A DNA stretch of 64,000 nucleotides, taken from positions 21,894-85,893 of the forward strand of contig CAZOYD010000008.1 of assembly GCA_964583985.1 (NCBI GenBank), read 5' to 3'. The position numbers and the translations under genes were made by a program. Position 1 is the stretch's first letter. Every line of letters starts with the position of its first letter. Below are positions 30,978 to 42,469 of the stretch, one piece after another. The notes beneath the pieces were generated by a model. The model did not search any database, was not told the origin of the DNA, and saw only the letters and a program-made list of their open reading frames with translations. Source of the DNA: an uncultured archaeon. Lineage in GTDB: Archaea; Asgardarchaeota; Lokiarchaeia; Sigyniarchaeales; SOKP01.

Positions 30978-32480
30978 TTATAATTGATAATCCGTACTCA
31001 TGAATTTTATAAATTTATGATATGCCTTTATCCACCTTGTGATATCTTCAGGATAAAAGTTTTTGATAGAAAAAGAGCGAATTACAATACGTCTTAAATC
31101 TTCAAGTCGGTTAATTAATCCTACTGCTTTTGCTTGAATTAATATATTACCAATAGCAGTAGCTTCGGTTGGTCCTGCTTTAATTGGAATATTCAGAGCA
31201 TTTGCTGTAAATTGATTTAATAATTGATTAGAAGATCCTCCTCCTATAATATGTAAGATCTTGACCTTTTTTTCAGTAATTTTTTCCAATTCGTCAATTA
31301 CTTGCTTGTATCTAAGTGCTAAACTTTCAAATATTACTCTGGCAATATCGCCTATCGATATTGGAGGGATCTGATCACTCATTTCGCAAAATTCTTGTAT
31401 CGCCTCGTTCATATTAGGAGGATTATGAAAGAGATGATGATCTGGGTTTATAAAGCATTGGAATGGTTGTGCTTCCGCTGCCTTCAATTCAATTTCCTCC
31501 CAAGTATGGCATAACCCTTGCTTTTCCCATTCCTTTTTACATTCTTGAATTATCCATAATCCAGTCACATTTTTTAAGAATCTTATTGTATTTTCAACAC
31601 CACCTTCGTTTGTAAAGTTAAACTCAAGTGATTTGGCGTTTATGATTGGTTTATTCAATTCAACACCTAAAAGACTCCACGTTCCGGAACTTAGATAGGA
31701 CCATTCTCCACTTTCGTACCTTTCCATTTCAACAGGAACTGCCGCTATTGCAGAAGCGGTATCATGGCAAGCAGGAGCGATTATATTAGTATCCTGATTT
31801 ATGCCAACTTCATGAATAATTTCTTTTCTTAGCACTCCTATCAGTGTTCCTGAAGGAACAATTTTTTGGAACAATCTTGATTTTAAACCCAACATTTTTA
31901 TCAATATTTGAGACCAATCACGCGTGTTTAGATTGATTAATTGAGAAGTAGTAGCAATTGAATATTCAGAGCATTTTTTTCCGCATAATAAATAATTTAA
32001 ATAATCAGGGATCATCAGAAGTGTTTCAGATCTCGCTAATTGTTTAGAATCGTGGTAAATGAGAGAAAATAACTGAGTAGAAGTATTTATTTCCATGAAT
32101 TGGATACCGGTAAGCTTGAATATCTCTTCTTTAGGCACCTTCTCAAACATGAAGTTAAGCATTCCTTTAGTTCTTGAATCTCTATAGTGATAAATAGGTT
32201 CAACAAGTTGATCATTTTTGTCTAATAAACCAAAATCCACACCCCAAGTATCAATTCCTATGCCAAAAACCGTCTTTCCATATTTAATTACATATCTTTT
32301 AAAGCCATTTAAGATTTCATTATAAATAGCTGCGATATCCCAAAGAAGGGAACCATCTTTTATAATTCCCCCATTAGGAAATCGATATATCTCATCTAAA
32401 GCAAGTTTGTTGTCATTTAGAGTACCTACAATGGCTCTTCCCGTGCTAGCTCCAATATCAAACGCTAAAAACCGTTTCAA
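30978..32480 (-). CDS. rhaB: Rhamnulokinase (FGGY)
   Basis: DIGASTGR, IDTWGVD, HDTASA, SSGTWSL and TNEGG motifs; AGGAGG ribosome-binding site. Confidence 0.93.
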   Translation of the reverse strand: MKRFLAFDIGASTGRAIVGTLNDNKLALDEIYRFPNGGIIKDGSLLWDIAAIYNEILNGFKRYVIKYGKTVFGIGIDTWGVDFGLLDKNDQLVEPIYHYRDSRTKGMLNFMFEKVPKEEIFKLTGIQFMEINTSTQLFSLIYHDSKQLARSETLLMIPDYLNYLLCGKKCSEYSIATTSQLINLNTRDWSQILIKMLGLKSRLFQKIVPSGTLIGVLRKEIIHEVGINQDTNIIAPACHDTASAIAAVPVEMERYESGEWSYLSSGTWSLLGVELNKPIINAKSLEFNFTNEGGVENTIRFLKNVTGLWIIQECKKEWEKQGLCHTWEEIELKAAEAQPFQCFINPDHHLFHNPPNMNEAIQEFCEMSDQIPPISIGDIARVIFESLALRYKQVIDELEKITEKKVKILHIIGGGSSNQLLNQFTANALNIPIKAGPTEATAIGNILIQAKAVGLINRLEDLRRIVIRSFSIKNFYPEDITRWIKAYHKFIKFMSTDYQL

Positions 32481-32534
32481 ATGTGCTCCTCCTTGAAATA
32501 TAAAAAAATAATTAAAGAAAAAAGTAACAATAGA

Positions 32535-33950
32535 TTAAAAAGTTGGTCTCTTATCTTGCCAAGGAGATATTTCCTCAAAAGCTTTAGATACTTGTAAGAC
32601 GGTTTTTTCATCAAATGGTTTTCCCACTATTTGCATGCCGATCGGTAATCCTTCTTTAGACCAACCACATGGAATTGTTGCTGCTGGTTGTCCTGTCATA
32701 TTGAATGGAAAGGTAAATGGTTGCCATGAGGTTGGAGATACATTTACATTATTAATTTTTGTGGGAAAGGGTATCCCTAATTCAAATGCGGTAATAGCTG
32801 TTGTAGGAGTAATCAAGATATCATAATCATCAAATATCGGCATGAAATTTTCATGAAACTTTCGGCGTTCTGCAATTGCTTTAGGTAAATCCAATGGGCC
32901 GTAGCTTAATCCTGCTTGAACTAGTTTTAATAAGGCAGGATCTAATTTATCACCCCATTTCTCAAGTTTAGGTTTTAAATCGTAAGCAAACAAGCTAGTC
33001 CACATTGTTAGAAAAGATCTCTCTGGTTTTTTAATTTTAAGCTTTACTTCCTCCACCTTCCAATCAAATTTTTCAAATTTCTGAGCAGAATCAATTACAG
33101 CTTTTTCCACTTCAGAATCAATCAATTTTGCGTATCCCAAATCGATTGAATATCCAATCTTTAACTTTTTAGGTTTCTCCCCCATGACTTCATAATAACT
33201 CGTACCATCCTTTGGTAGCATGTACATCTCTCTCACGGATGGTCCTTTCATCGCATCAAGCATTAAGGCAGCATCCTTAACATATCGAACTAATGGTCCC
33301 ACCACACCAAGATCATAAGCAGCAATAAATTCTCTGGGATACAAAGGAACTCTACCATAATTAGGTTTAAGACCATATATACCACATAATCCTGCAGGAT
33401 GTCGGATTGATCCGCCTCCATCTGAACCCTGTGCTAATGGACTCAATCCAGATGCTGTTGCTGCTGCGGCACCTCCTGAGGATCCCCCGGTCGTTCTTTC
33501 CAAATTCCAAGGATTTTTTGACGCTCCAAAGATAAGATTATCCGTCACACCTTTAAACCCAAATTCAGGAGTGTTGGTCTTGCCTAAAATAACGCATCCT
33601 TCTTTCCTTAATCGCGCAACGGCAATTGAGTCTTCTTTTGGAACGTTAAACTCATATATTTTCGATCCAAATGTAGTTCGAACTCCTTTCACTTGATTTA
33701 AATCTTTTATGGATGTAGGAATCCCATTCAATAGTCCAGACTTTTCTCCCTTTTTCACTCTATTATCTGCTTCTTTCGCCATTTCTCTTGCTAAGTCGAA
33801 TGTAGTAGTGCAATATGCATTAATGATCGGATTTATTTTTATTATGCGTTCTATTATGGCTTCGGTAATTTCAATTGAAGAAAGCTCTTGAGATGCTATC
33901 TTTTCTTTCATTTCAAATGCTGGTAAAAAACATATTTCTTCTTTATTCAT
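32535..33950 (-). CDS. Amidase signature family protein
   Basis: IKD, GGSSGG and GSDGGGSIR motifs. Confidence 0.93.
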   Translation of the reverse strand: MNKEEICFLPAFEMKEKIASQELSSIEITEAIIERIIKINPIINAYCTTTFDLAREMAKEADNRVKKGEKSGLLNGIPTSIKDLNQVKGVRTTFGSKIYEFNVPKEDSIAVARLRKEGCVILGKTNTPEFGFKGVTDNLIFGASKNPWNLERTTGGSSGGAAAATASGLSPLAQGSDGGGSIRHPAGLCGIYGLKPNYGRVPLYPREFIAAYDLGVVGPLVRYVKDAALMLDAMKGPSVREMYMLPKDGTSYYEVMGEKPKKLKIGYSIDLGYAKLIDSEVEKAVIDSAQKFEKFDWKVEEVKLKIKKPERSFLTMWTSLFAYDLKPKLEKWGDKLDPALLKLVQAGLSYGPLDLPKAIAERRKFHENFMPIFDDYDILITPTTAITAFELGIPFPTKINNVNVSPTSWQPFTFPFNMTGQPAATIPCGWSKEGLPIGMQIVGKPFDEKTVLQVSKAFEEISPWQDKRPTF

Positions 33951-34160
33951 TGTGAATTCTCTTTAAATTTTCTAATACTAAATTAGAAAGAGATAAGATA
34001 GAATATAAAATTTGATTTTTTGAGATAATCTACTAAATATTATTTCTCTGCCATATGCATTGCCAAAAGGCTTTTTCTAAATTAACAAATTTAACTAATT
34101 TTTAATTAAATAATACTTTTTGATAGAACATTATAAATACATAATTTAAGGATATTAAAA

Positions 34161-35477
34161 TTGGATAATAGAATTGTGTTAGTCGGTGCAGGAAGCACTT
34201 CCTTCGGACCTTCCATGTTTACAGATATATATAATAACAAGGAACTTGAGGGTTCAACAATTGTACTTTATGATATTGATATCGACAAGCTTAAGATGAT
34301 TCACGCTCTTTTAGAGGCTGAAAATGAATTAATTAACAACAAATTCAATTTAGAATATACTACAAATAGATCTCAAGCTTTTAAAGACGCAAATTTCATC
34401 ATAAGTTCAATAGAGATTGGAAATAGGATGAAATTGTGGAGAGAAGATTATGTCATACCACGAAAATATGGGTCTACTCAAATTTTAGGCGAGTGTGGAG
34501 GACCTGGGGGCACATTACACGCGTTCCGCATTGTCCCAGATGTAATCGATATTGTTAGAGATGCTGAAAAGATATGCCCCGAAGCATTTTTCATAAATTT
34601 TTCCAATCCAATGTCTCGAGTATGCCTAGCAATTAAACGAGCTACACAAAAATTAAAATTTGTCGGTTTATGCCATCAAATTGGAGCCATGTATTTATAT
34701 TTACCTGTCTTATTTGATAAAAAACTGCCCGAAATGAAAATAAAACCATATGGACTAAATCATTTTGGTTTTCTAATGGGACTGGAAGAAATCGAGACTG
34801 GAAATGATTTAATGCCCGAATTTAATGCAAAAGCACTTGATTATTTTAAAGAAAATGAAGATAGCTTTGTATTCTCTTCTTTAACTCTGGAAGTTTACAA
34901 GCGATTTGGATGGTTCCCGTATGTGGGAGATAATCATTTAGGAGAATATCTCCAATTTGGTGAAGAGTTTACTAAAACACAAGATATGATAGATTGGATT
35001 GATAGAACGGAGAAACACGGTCAAAGAATATATAAGCGCTTAATGAGATATTATAACCGGCTTAAAAATGATAAATATCCAAAAAAAGGGATGTTGAGAT
35101 ACTTATCTGGAGAAGGAGCGATTCCGATTGTCAAAGCGATATTAAAAGATGAAAATCGATATGAAGTCGCCGTGAACATTCCAAATGATAGGATAATAGA
35201 AAATCTCCCGCAAGATTTAGTGATAGAATGTCCCGGAATAGTGAACAAAGAAGGAGTTCATGGAGTGAAATGGGGGAATCTACCAAAAAATATTGCGGCG
35301 ATACTCAGAATCGAAGCATCCGTTCAAGATTTATGCGTTGATGCGATTCTCAATAAATCAAAAGAACAAGCTATTACCGCATTAGCTGTAGATCCTAATG
35401 TTGGAAGCTTCGAGATGGCTGACAAGATTTTTAATGAGATGAGAGAGAAATATTCTTATTATGATTATTTTAAATAA
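34161..35477 (+). CDS. GH4 glycoside hydrolase (alpha-galactosidase/glucosidase-like)
   Basis: GAGS, NFSNP, GLCH and GLNH motifs. Confidence 0.9.
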   Translation: MDNRIVLVGAGSTSFGPSMFTDIYNNKELEGSTIVLYDIDIDKLKMIHALLEAENELINNKFNLEYTTNRSQAFKDANFIISSIEIGNRMKLWREDYVIPRKYGSTQILGECGGPGGTLHAFRIVPDVIDIVRDAEKICPEAFFINFSNPMSRVCLAIKRATQKLKFVGLCHQIGAMYLYLPVLFDKKLPEMKIKPYGLNHFGFLMGLEEIETGNDLMPEFNAKALDYFKENEDSFVFSSLTLEVYKRFGWFPYVGDNHLGEYLQFGEEFTKTQDMIDWIDRTEKHGQRIYKRLMRYYNRLKNDKYPKKGMLRYLSGEGAIPIVKAILKDENRYEVAVNIPNDRIIENLPQDLVIECPGIVNKEGVHGVKWGNLPKNIAAILRIEASVQDLCVDAILNKSKEQAITALAVDPNVGSFEMADKIFNEMREKYSYYDYFK

Positions 35478-35600
35478 TAATCGAGAAGTAAAATATTTCT
35501 AATAATAATCAAATAAAGAATTGTTCTATAATTTGTTATAATAAACTTTTTAATTGTTTTTATCATCTTTTATTTAAAATTTTATAAAGGTGTATCTAAT

Positions 35601-36581
35601 ATGATTATAAAGGCTACAAATGAATATTTTACGATGTTAAATAAGGCTGTTGCTCGTGAAATTCAAGTTTCAACGCAATACATGCTGCAACATACAAAAA
35701 TGGAAAAATTAAAAAGAAGAGTGATCAAGGAAAACTATTTGCTTGAAAGTACAACATATGACGAGTTTGGGAAAATGTTGGAGGACTTAGCGAAGCAGGA
35801 AATGAAACATCTTGCCCAAATTATGGAAAGAATTTATTTATTGGGTGGAGAAGCAACGACCAAACCAGATAAAGTAACTATAGGGAACTCACTGAAGGAA
35901 TTCGCTGAATTAGATTTAAAAGCAGAAGAAGAAGCTTTAGAATTGTATCGTCAGATAATCGAAGCTGCTAAAGCTATTGGTGATCGAGAAACATGGATGT
36001 TATTTAGCAAGATATATGGTGATGAGGAAGCACATTTATTGAAATTTCAAAATTATGGTGAAATGGAAGATGAACCCGATTTGGGAGAAACTCCTGCTTC
36101 TGAATGGAGGTCAATTTTTGGTGATGAGTATGTCGCCTTACTCAATAAAGCTCTGGCAAGCGAAATATCCGCAGTTGTTCAATATACTACTCAACATGAG
36201 AAAGCTGAAGGATTAGAACGATTAAGGCGAAAGAAGAATGCTTTAGAGGTTGTTACGGGAAAAAATAAAGCTAGCGTGGTATCGGGAGTCCTTAAAGAAA
36301 CCTTCATGCAAGAAATGGACCATATGGAAAAAATTTCGGAACGCATCTATGAAATTGATCGAGAATCGAGAGCTACAGTTGATCCATTACCAGAGATTGG
36401 TGATTCAGTTGAAGAGTTCATAAACCTTGATAGAGAAGCCGAAAACTATGCCATAGTTTTATATCGAAAAGTCATCGCTGAAGCAACCCGGCTTGGAGAT
36501 ATAAAGACAAAAAAATTGTTTGAAGATATCATACAAGAAGAAGAAGCTCATTATTGGGCATTTGATGAATTTACGCCCTAG
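35601..36581 (+). CDS. Tandem two-domain bacterioferritin-like protein
   Basis: Two repeats, each with LNKA..E, QY, EM.H, E..A..LY and EEAH. Confidence 0.88.
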   Translation: MIIKATNEYFTMLNKAVAREIQVSTQYMLQHTKMEKLKRRVIKENYLLESTTYDEFGKMLEDLAKQEMKHLAQIMERIYLLGGEATTKPDKVTIGNSLKEFAELDLKAEEEALELYRQIIEAAKAIGDRETWMLFSKIYGDEEAHLLKFQNYGEMEDEPDLGETPASEWRSIFGDEYVALLNKALASEISAVVQYTTQHEKAEGLERLRRKKNALEVVTGKNKASVVSGVLKETFMQEMDHMEKISERIYEIDRESRATVDPLPEIGDSVEEFINLDREAENYAIVLYRKVIAEATRLGDIKTKKLFEDIIQEEEAHYWAFDEFTP

Positions 36582-36699
36582 TTTTATCTTTTTTTTTCGT
36601 TTTTTAATTATTCAATTTTATTTTTTTATTCTGATACAATTTATTACCGTTTGAAAATGTTATTACTTATCAAATTTATATAGGAAATTTAAAAGCCCG

Positions 36700-38118
36700 A
36701 TGATTAGGGATATTAAACTCGCGATGGAGAACGTGCAAAAAGGCATTAATAAAGCGAAAAATTGTCCATATCGGCCTAAATATCACTTTTTACCTCCCGC
36801 ATATTGGATGAATGATCCAAATGGTCCAGTTTTCTATGAGAATGAATACCACATATTTTATCAACACAATCCATATAAAGATAATTTCGCACAAAATGAG
36901 TGGTGGGACATATCTTGGGGTCATGCTAAAAGCAGTGATCTTGTCCATTGGGAACATCTACCAATCGCACTAATGCCTTCTCACGAAAAAGGTGAGGATG
37001 GATGTTGGTCGGGTGCGTGCGTAATTAATAATGGCATGCCAACTATCATTTATACAAGTGTGAGTAAAAAAAATTCTCCTCACGATTATGCAGAACTATG
37101 GATGGCACATAGTAAGGATAGGATGATAACCTGGGATAAATATGTGAATAACCCAATTTTAACTCCGGGACAGAATTCTTCATATAAAATCCATGATTGG
37201 AGAGATCCTCATGTCTGGAAAGAAGAAAACAAGTGGTACATGATAATGGGAGGGCATGAGCATAAATCTCCCACTCAGAGTCATGGGATTGTTTTGATCT
37301 ATGAATCTACAGATTTAATCAAATGGTATCTAAAAGGAAGTTTATGTAAAGGAACTCGTATTCAAGGAAGGGGTTGGGAATGTCCCAATCTTTTTTCATT
37401 AGGAGAAAACCATGTGTTAATAGTATCTCCCTTTAAAGAAGTGATTTATAGTGTTGGGACATATAAATCGAATAAGTTTTTACCAGGTCCTTGGAGAATT
37501 TTTGATCACGGTAAATGCTTCTATGCTACGAATACGATGTTAGATGATAAAAAGAGAAGACTTGTATGGGGTTGGATTAAAGGAGGAGGTACAGGTGGCT
37601 GGAATGGTTGCCTTAGCTTGCCCCGAATCTTAAACTTGGAGAAAAAAAATAATTTAAGCATTAAACCGGCTATTGAACTTCAAGAGCTGAGAAAATCACA
37701 CCTAGAATTTGAAAACCTTCAATTACTTGAAGATTCACCTCTTTTTCTTGGAAAATTTCCAGAATTGACTTTAGAGATTATTGCTGAATTTGAATTCTCT
37801 GGAAATGAAATATTTGGATTTAATATCTTTCTCGACGAACAAAATAATGGAGAAAAAATCGAATTTGACTCCATAAGATCTAAAATTACCGTCGGTAATG
37901 AAAAAGGGACCCTCAACATTCAAGAATCGAACAAGAGCATTGCTTTTCACATTTTTATCGATAGATCGGTTATCGAGATATTCATTAACTATCATGAGTG
38001 CATTTCAAGTAGAATATTTCCCAAAAATGATGCATCAAATGGTTTTAGTCTTTTTTCAAAGCAAGGTTCATTAACTCTCAAGAAAATGAATATTTGGACT
38101 ATTGAAACGATTTGGTAA
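36700..38118 (+). CDS. GH32 beta-fructofuranosidase
   Basis: WMNDPNG, WSG, RDP and WECP motifs. Confidence 0.95.
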   Translation: MIRDIKLAMENVQKGINKAKNCPYRPKYHFLPPAYWMNDPNGPVFYENEYHIFYQHNPYKDNFAQNEWWDISWGHAKSSDLVHWEHLPIALMPSHEKGEDGCWSGACVINNGMPTIIYTSVSKKNSPHDYAELWMAHSKDRMITWDKYVNNPILTPGQNSSYKIHDWRDPHVWKEENKWYMIMGGHEHKSPTQSHGIVLIYESTDLIKWYLKGSLCKGTRIQGRGWECPNLFSLGENHVLIVSPFKEVIYSVGTYKSNKFLPGPWRIFDHGKCFYATNTMLDDKKRRLVWGWIKGGGTGGWNGCLSLPRILNLEKKNNLSIKPAIELQELRKSHLEFENLQLLEDSPLFLGKFPELTLEIIAEFEFSGNEIFGFNIFLDEQNNGEKIEFDSIRSKITVGNEKGTLNIQESNKSIAFHIFIDRSVIEIFINYHECISSRIFPKNDASNGFSLFSKQGSLTLKKMNIWTIETIW

Positions 38119-39914
38119 ATTTTTTTTTACCTTTTCCATTTACACTTAATATGAAAAATGAAGAAATATGGAAGCCTATTAAAGATCAATTATTAACTCG
38201 ATGGGCAAAAGATATTGATCCAAATCAACCACTTCCAGAATATCCGCGTCCTCAATTGGAGCGTGATGAATGGCTTAATTTAAATGGACTTTGGGATTAT
38301 AAAATTTCTTCGAAAGATGCAACTGATGTTACTAATTATGATGGTAAGATTCTCGTTCCTTATCCTATTGAGTCCGCATTATCCGGTGTTGGAACAAAAT
38401 TGAAACCTACTCAAAAATTGTGGTATCATCGAATTTTTTACCTTGCTGAAAATTGGAAAGAAAAAGAGATATTACTGCACTTTGGAGCTGTCGATTGGGT
38501 AACCAATGTCTGGATAAATGGAAAAAAAATAGGAGATCATAAAGGAGGATATACCCCCTTTGAATTTGAAATTACCACTAGCTTGCGTAAGGGAGAAAAT
38601 GAGATAACCATTAGTGTTTGGGACCCTACTGATAAGGGCAAGCAAGAACATGGAAAACAATCTTTAAAACCTAAAAGTATCTTTTATACCGCCATATCTG
38701 GGATTTGGCAAACAATATGGCTCGAACCCGTACCAAAAACATATATAAAAGATTATTTCCTCACACCTGATATTGATGATGAATCAATTACTATTGAAAC
38801 AAAGGTTGCTAAACCAGAACATGATGATATACTAGAAATAATAATTTATGATGAAAATTATCAACAATTAACATCCCACATGAGCAAGATCAATGAAAAA
38901 TTTAGAATAAGCATTGAATCACCGCGATTGTGGACTCTCGATGATCCCTATCTTTATAAAATTCTTCTCAGAATTAAAAGAGGTCATAATATAATTGATG
39001 AAATTGATGGTTATTTTGGAATGAGAAAGATATCCCTCTCTAAAGGAAAAGATGGAATCTTTCGAATTGAATTAAATAATACATTTTTATTTCAATATGG
39101 AACATTAGATCAAGGATATTGGCCTGATGGGCTTTACACCGCCCCAACTGATGACGCACTTAAATACGACATTCAAATTACAAAACAACTTGGGTTCAAC
39201 ATGATTCGAAAGCACGTAAAAGTAGAACCCGCACGATGGTATTATTATTGTGATATAATCGGGATATTGGTATGGCAAGACATGCCAAATGGAGGAGTAA
39301 CCGATATTAGCAATCAACCCGTTAATATTAATAAATACCAGACAAAACGCGAGGAGTCTGATAAATTAAACTACTATAAAGAACTTGAAACAATGATTTG
39401 TAAATTGTATAATTTTCCTTCGATAATTGTTTGGGTTCCATTTAACGAAGGATGGGGTCAATTTGATACTGAATTAGTAACCGAAAGGATAAAACAGTTA
39501 GATCCTCATCGTCTTATCGATTCAGCAAGTGGATGGTACGACCATGGAATAGGCGATATCTATGATATACATCGATACCCTAATCCCCTCTTTCCTGATA
39601 TCAATAAAGCTAAATCTCGAGCTCTTGTAGTGGGAGAATTCGGAGGTCTTGGCTTAGAAGTCGAAAATCACATGTGGACTACTTCTGAAAAGTTTGTCTA
39701 CAGAAGTTTTTCTGATTCTGCTAAATTAACTAAAAGATATAAGAGATTGATCGAAAAAATCAAAACATTAATAGAAAATGGGTTAAGTGCAGCTATTTAT
39801 ACTCAAATTACCGATGTTGAGGGAGAAGTCAACGGTTTGCTATCTTATGATCGTGAGATTATTAAAATAGATCGAAATCGCTTACGTGAATTAAATTTGA
39901 GTTTATATAAGTAA
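38112..39914 (+). CDS. GH2 glycoside hydrolase (likely start 38151)
   Basis: [26 protein letters not shown] and GEFGG motifs. Confidence 0.93.
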   Translation: MVNFFLPFPFTLNMKNEEIWKPIKDQLLTRWAKDIDPNQPLPEYPRPQLERDEWLNLNGLWDYKISSKDATDVTNYDGKILVPYPIESALSGVGTKLKPTQKLWYHRIFYLAENWKEKEILLHFGAVDWVTNVWINGKKIGDHKGGYTPFEFEITTSLRKGENEITISVWDPTDKGKQEHGKQSLKPKSIFYTAISGIWQTIWLEPVPKTYIKDYFLTPDIDDESITIETKVAKPEHDDILEIIIYDENYQQLTSHMSKINEKFRISIESPRLWTLDDPYLYKILLRIKRGHNIIDEIDGYFGMRKISLSKGKDGIFRIELNNTFLFQYGTLDQGYWPDGLYTAPTDDALKYDIQITKQLGFNMIRKHVKVEPARWYYYCDIIGILVWQDMPNGGVTDISNQPVNINKYQTKREESDKLNYYKELETMICKLYNFPSIIVWVPFNEGWGQFDTELVTERIKQLDPHRLIDSASGWYDHGIGDIYDIHRYPNPLFPDINKAKSRALVVGEFGGLGLEVENHMWTTSEKFVYRSFSDSAKLTKRYKRLIEKIKTLIENGLSAAIYTQITDVEGEVNGLLSYDREIIKIDRNRLRELNLSLYK

Positions 39915-39924
39915 TGCTATTTAG

Positions 39925-41271
39925 TTATTTGAAGTTTGGGAGATATTTCTTTTGAACTTCACACATTTCCTCATATATCGCATCTGCCATTTTAAAACTC
40001 CCACAATTTACATCAATAGCTAAACAAGCAATAGCAAGATCTTTTGATTCGGTTAGTATAGCTTCTACGCAAAGATCTTGAATGGATGCTTCAATTCTCA
40101 GTATTGCAGCAATATTTTTAGGTATTTTTCCTAATTTCACTCCGTGAAGCCCCTCTCTATTTACTGTAGCTGAACACTCAATGATTAAATCTTGAGGTAG
40201 GTTCTCAATGATTCCATCATTCGGGATGTTAACTGCCATCTCGTATGAATTGGAATCTTCTAATATTGCTTCAATTATAGGTATTGCTCTCTCTCCTGAT
40301 GGATCTCTTGTAAACATTCCCTTTTTAGGATATTTTCCTTTTTCTATCCTTTTTAAATATCTCTTTATTCGCGCATTTACTCCCATGTTACCTTGATGCA
40401 TTCTCGTGATCCAGTCAGTGAGGTCCTGGGCTGTGGTATATTGGGATCCTATTTGGAGATATTCACAGATATGATTATCACCCACGTAAGGAAACCATCC
40501 AAACCGCTTGTACACCTCGAATGTAAGATCAGCATAGTGGAATCGGTGCCATTTATCTTTGAAATACTCCATGCACTTTTGGTTGAATTCAGGTAACAAA
40601 TCTGTTCCAGTCGCTATTTCTTTTAATCCAAGTAGAAACGCGAAATGATTTAGTCCTCCAGTGATTAACTGCATATCTTCAAGCCTTAGATTCATCATTT
40701 TAGACAAGTGTTCTCGCGTGAGTAATTCAATTTGATGACATAATCCGAACATTTTCAACTCAGGTAATTCTCTCTTAAGTGCTAAACATATTCTCGACAT
40801 TGGATTGGAATAATTAATGAAAAAGGCATCGGGACAAATATCCATGACATCTCTTGCGATTCTTAATATTTCGGGAATCTGTCGTGCACTATGGAAAAAG
40901 CCTCCAGGGCCACCATTTTCGGCCATTCTTTCGGTTGATCCATGTTTTCTAGGGATTGTATTATCTTCCCATCGATGCTCAAACCTATCTCCATGCTCAA
41001 TTGAGTTGATTACGAAATCAGCATCTTTTAAAGCTTCCTTGCGATCCATGGTCTTGAGTATATTAAACTTGTTACCAAGAGATTTATTATCAAAGGATAC
41101 AACTTCATAAACCCTATCTAACTTTTCTTTATCTGTATCAAGTAAAACGATGGTAGAACCTTCTAAAACGGAGGAAAGATTAAGATCAACCATTGTTGAT
41201 GGTGTAAAAGCTGCACTACCAGCCCCAATTAGAACTAATTTTTTATCCATACTTTTAAAAATATTTAACAA
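39925..41271 (-). CDS. GH4 glycoside hydrolase (paralog of 34161..35477)
   Basis: GAGS, NYSNP, GLCH and GLNH motifs; shares EVYKRFGWFPYVGDNH with the paralog. Confidence 0.9.
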   Translation of the reverse strand: MLNIFKSMDKKLVLIGAGSAAFTPSTMVDLNLSSVLEGSTIVLLDTDKEKLDRVYEVVSFDNKSLGNKFNILKTMDRKEALKDADFVINSIEHGDRFEHRWEDNTIPRKHGSTERMAENGGPGGFFHSARQIPEILRIARDVMDICPDAFFINYSNPMSRICLALKRELPELKMFGLCHQIELLTREHLSKMMNLRLEDMQLITGGLNHFAFLLGLKEIATGTDLLPEFNQKCMEYFKDKWHRFHYADLTFEVYKRFGWFPYVGDNHICEYLQIGSQYTTAQDLTDWITRMHQGNMGVNARIKRYLKRIEKGKYPKKGMFTRDPSGERAIPIIEAILEDSNSYEMAVNIPNDGIIENLPQDLIIECSATVNREGLHGVKLGKIPKNIAAILRIEASIQDLCVEAILTESKDLAIACLAIDVNCGSFKMADAIYEEMCEVQKKYLPNFK

Positions 41272-41336
41272 TAATTATATTTTGCTTGCTTTTGATATCC
41301 CATAACTATTAATAATTTCAATCCTTAAAATAAAAT

Positions 41337-42467
41337 ATGGGAAAGGCATTACAGTATGGATTAGTTGGCTATGGTCTTAATGGCGTGGAGCATGTTACTG
41401 AATTAGAGTCTTCTAAACTTCTAGGGCGTGCTAAATTAATTGCTGCCTATGATCCAAACCCTCAAGCACGTGAATATATTCAAAAATTAGATCAAGTAAA
41501 AGCTACAGAATCTTTTGAGGATCTCTTGGACATTCCCGAGCTTGAAGCCGTGATTATTTCCAGCCCACCCCAATTCCATGCTGATCAAACTGTTGCAGCT
41601 CTTGAATCGGGATTACACGTGTATTCCGAAGTCCCAATGGCTTTAAATAAAAATGATGTTATCAGAATTATTGAAGCTGAAAAGCATTCAAACAATAAGT
41701 ATCAATTAGGAGAGAATTATTGCTTTATTCCTGAAGTATTATATGCGGGGCATCTTTCTGCATCGGGTAAAATTGGGTCCGCTGTTTATTCAGAATCCGA
41801 ATATCTTCATGATGTCACTTATCGATGGAGGGAAGGGGGTTTTGGGGATGAAAGTAAACCTAAAATTGATTCATGGTATCAATTATTTGATCCATTAATG
41901 TATGCCCATTCTATAGGACCCGCTCAAGTTGCTTTAGCTGGAATTGAAAACCCTTCGCCATTTATTGAGGTCACCAGTTTTGCTAATGATATTGGAGGTT
42001 ATAAAGGAAGTCCAATCAGTTCTCCTGCAAAAGCTTTTCAAGTTGGATTATTCAGAACAGAGACTGGGGCAATAGCTAAGTGTGCGAATGCTTATATCTT
42101 TGCAAGAGAACCCACTCGCCTCATCATTCAAGTAATTGGAAGAACTGGAACATATGAATGCTACACACTGGGAAAGCCCGGACGATTATTTTTAGCAAAA
42201 GGACACGCAATAACCAAAACGCGTCACAGAAAAGGTAAAGCTCAAATTATTGACGGTTCAAAATTAGCAGAAATTATTCCATTTATTGCAGGACCATATT
42301 TTGGTGCTTCGATTAGAATAATGGATGATTGGCTATCAGCAATTGAATCCAATAGAACCCCTTTAATCCATTCTAAAATCGCGGGAAACTTTTGTCTATC
42401 AGGTATAGCCGCTTCTGATTCCGCTCGTTCTGGTGGAAAATTAATTAAGATTAAAACTTTTGATTAA
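41337..42467 (+). CDS. Gfo/Idh/MocA oxidoreductase
   Basis: GYG..G, SPPQFH, HVYSEVP and EYLH motifs. Confidence 0.9.
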   Translation: MGKALQYGLVGYGLNGVEHVTELESSKLLGRAKLIAAYDPNPQAREYIQKLDQVKATESFEDLLDIPELEAVIISSPPQFHADQTVAALESGLHVYSEVPMALNKNDVIRIIEAEKHSNNKYQLGENYCFIPEVLYAGHLSASGKIGSAVYSESEYLHDVTYRWREGGFGDESKPKIDSWYQLFDPLMYAHSIGPAQVALAGIENPSPFIEVTSFANDIGGYKGSPISSPAKAFQVGLFRTETGAIAKCANAYIFAREPTRLIIQVIGRTGTYECYTLGKPGRLFLAKGHAITKTRHRKGKAQIIDGSKLAEIIPFIAGPYFGASIRIMDDWLSAIESNRTPLIHSKIAGNFCLSGIAASDSARSGGKLIKIKTFD

Positions 42468-42469
42468 TC

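Noticed and set aside
27170-36665. TGTTA half-sites upstream of deoR, rhaB and GH32, read as a DeoR regulon motif
   Set aside because: Too short and AT-rich to distinguish from background.
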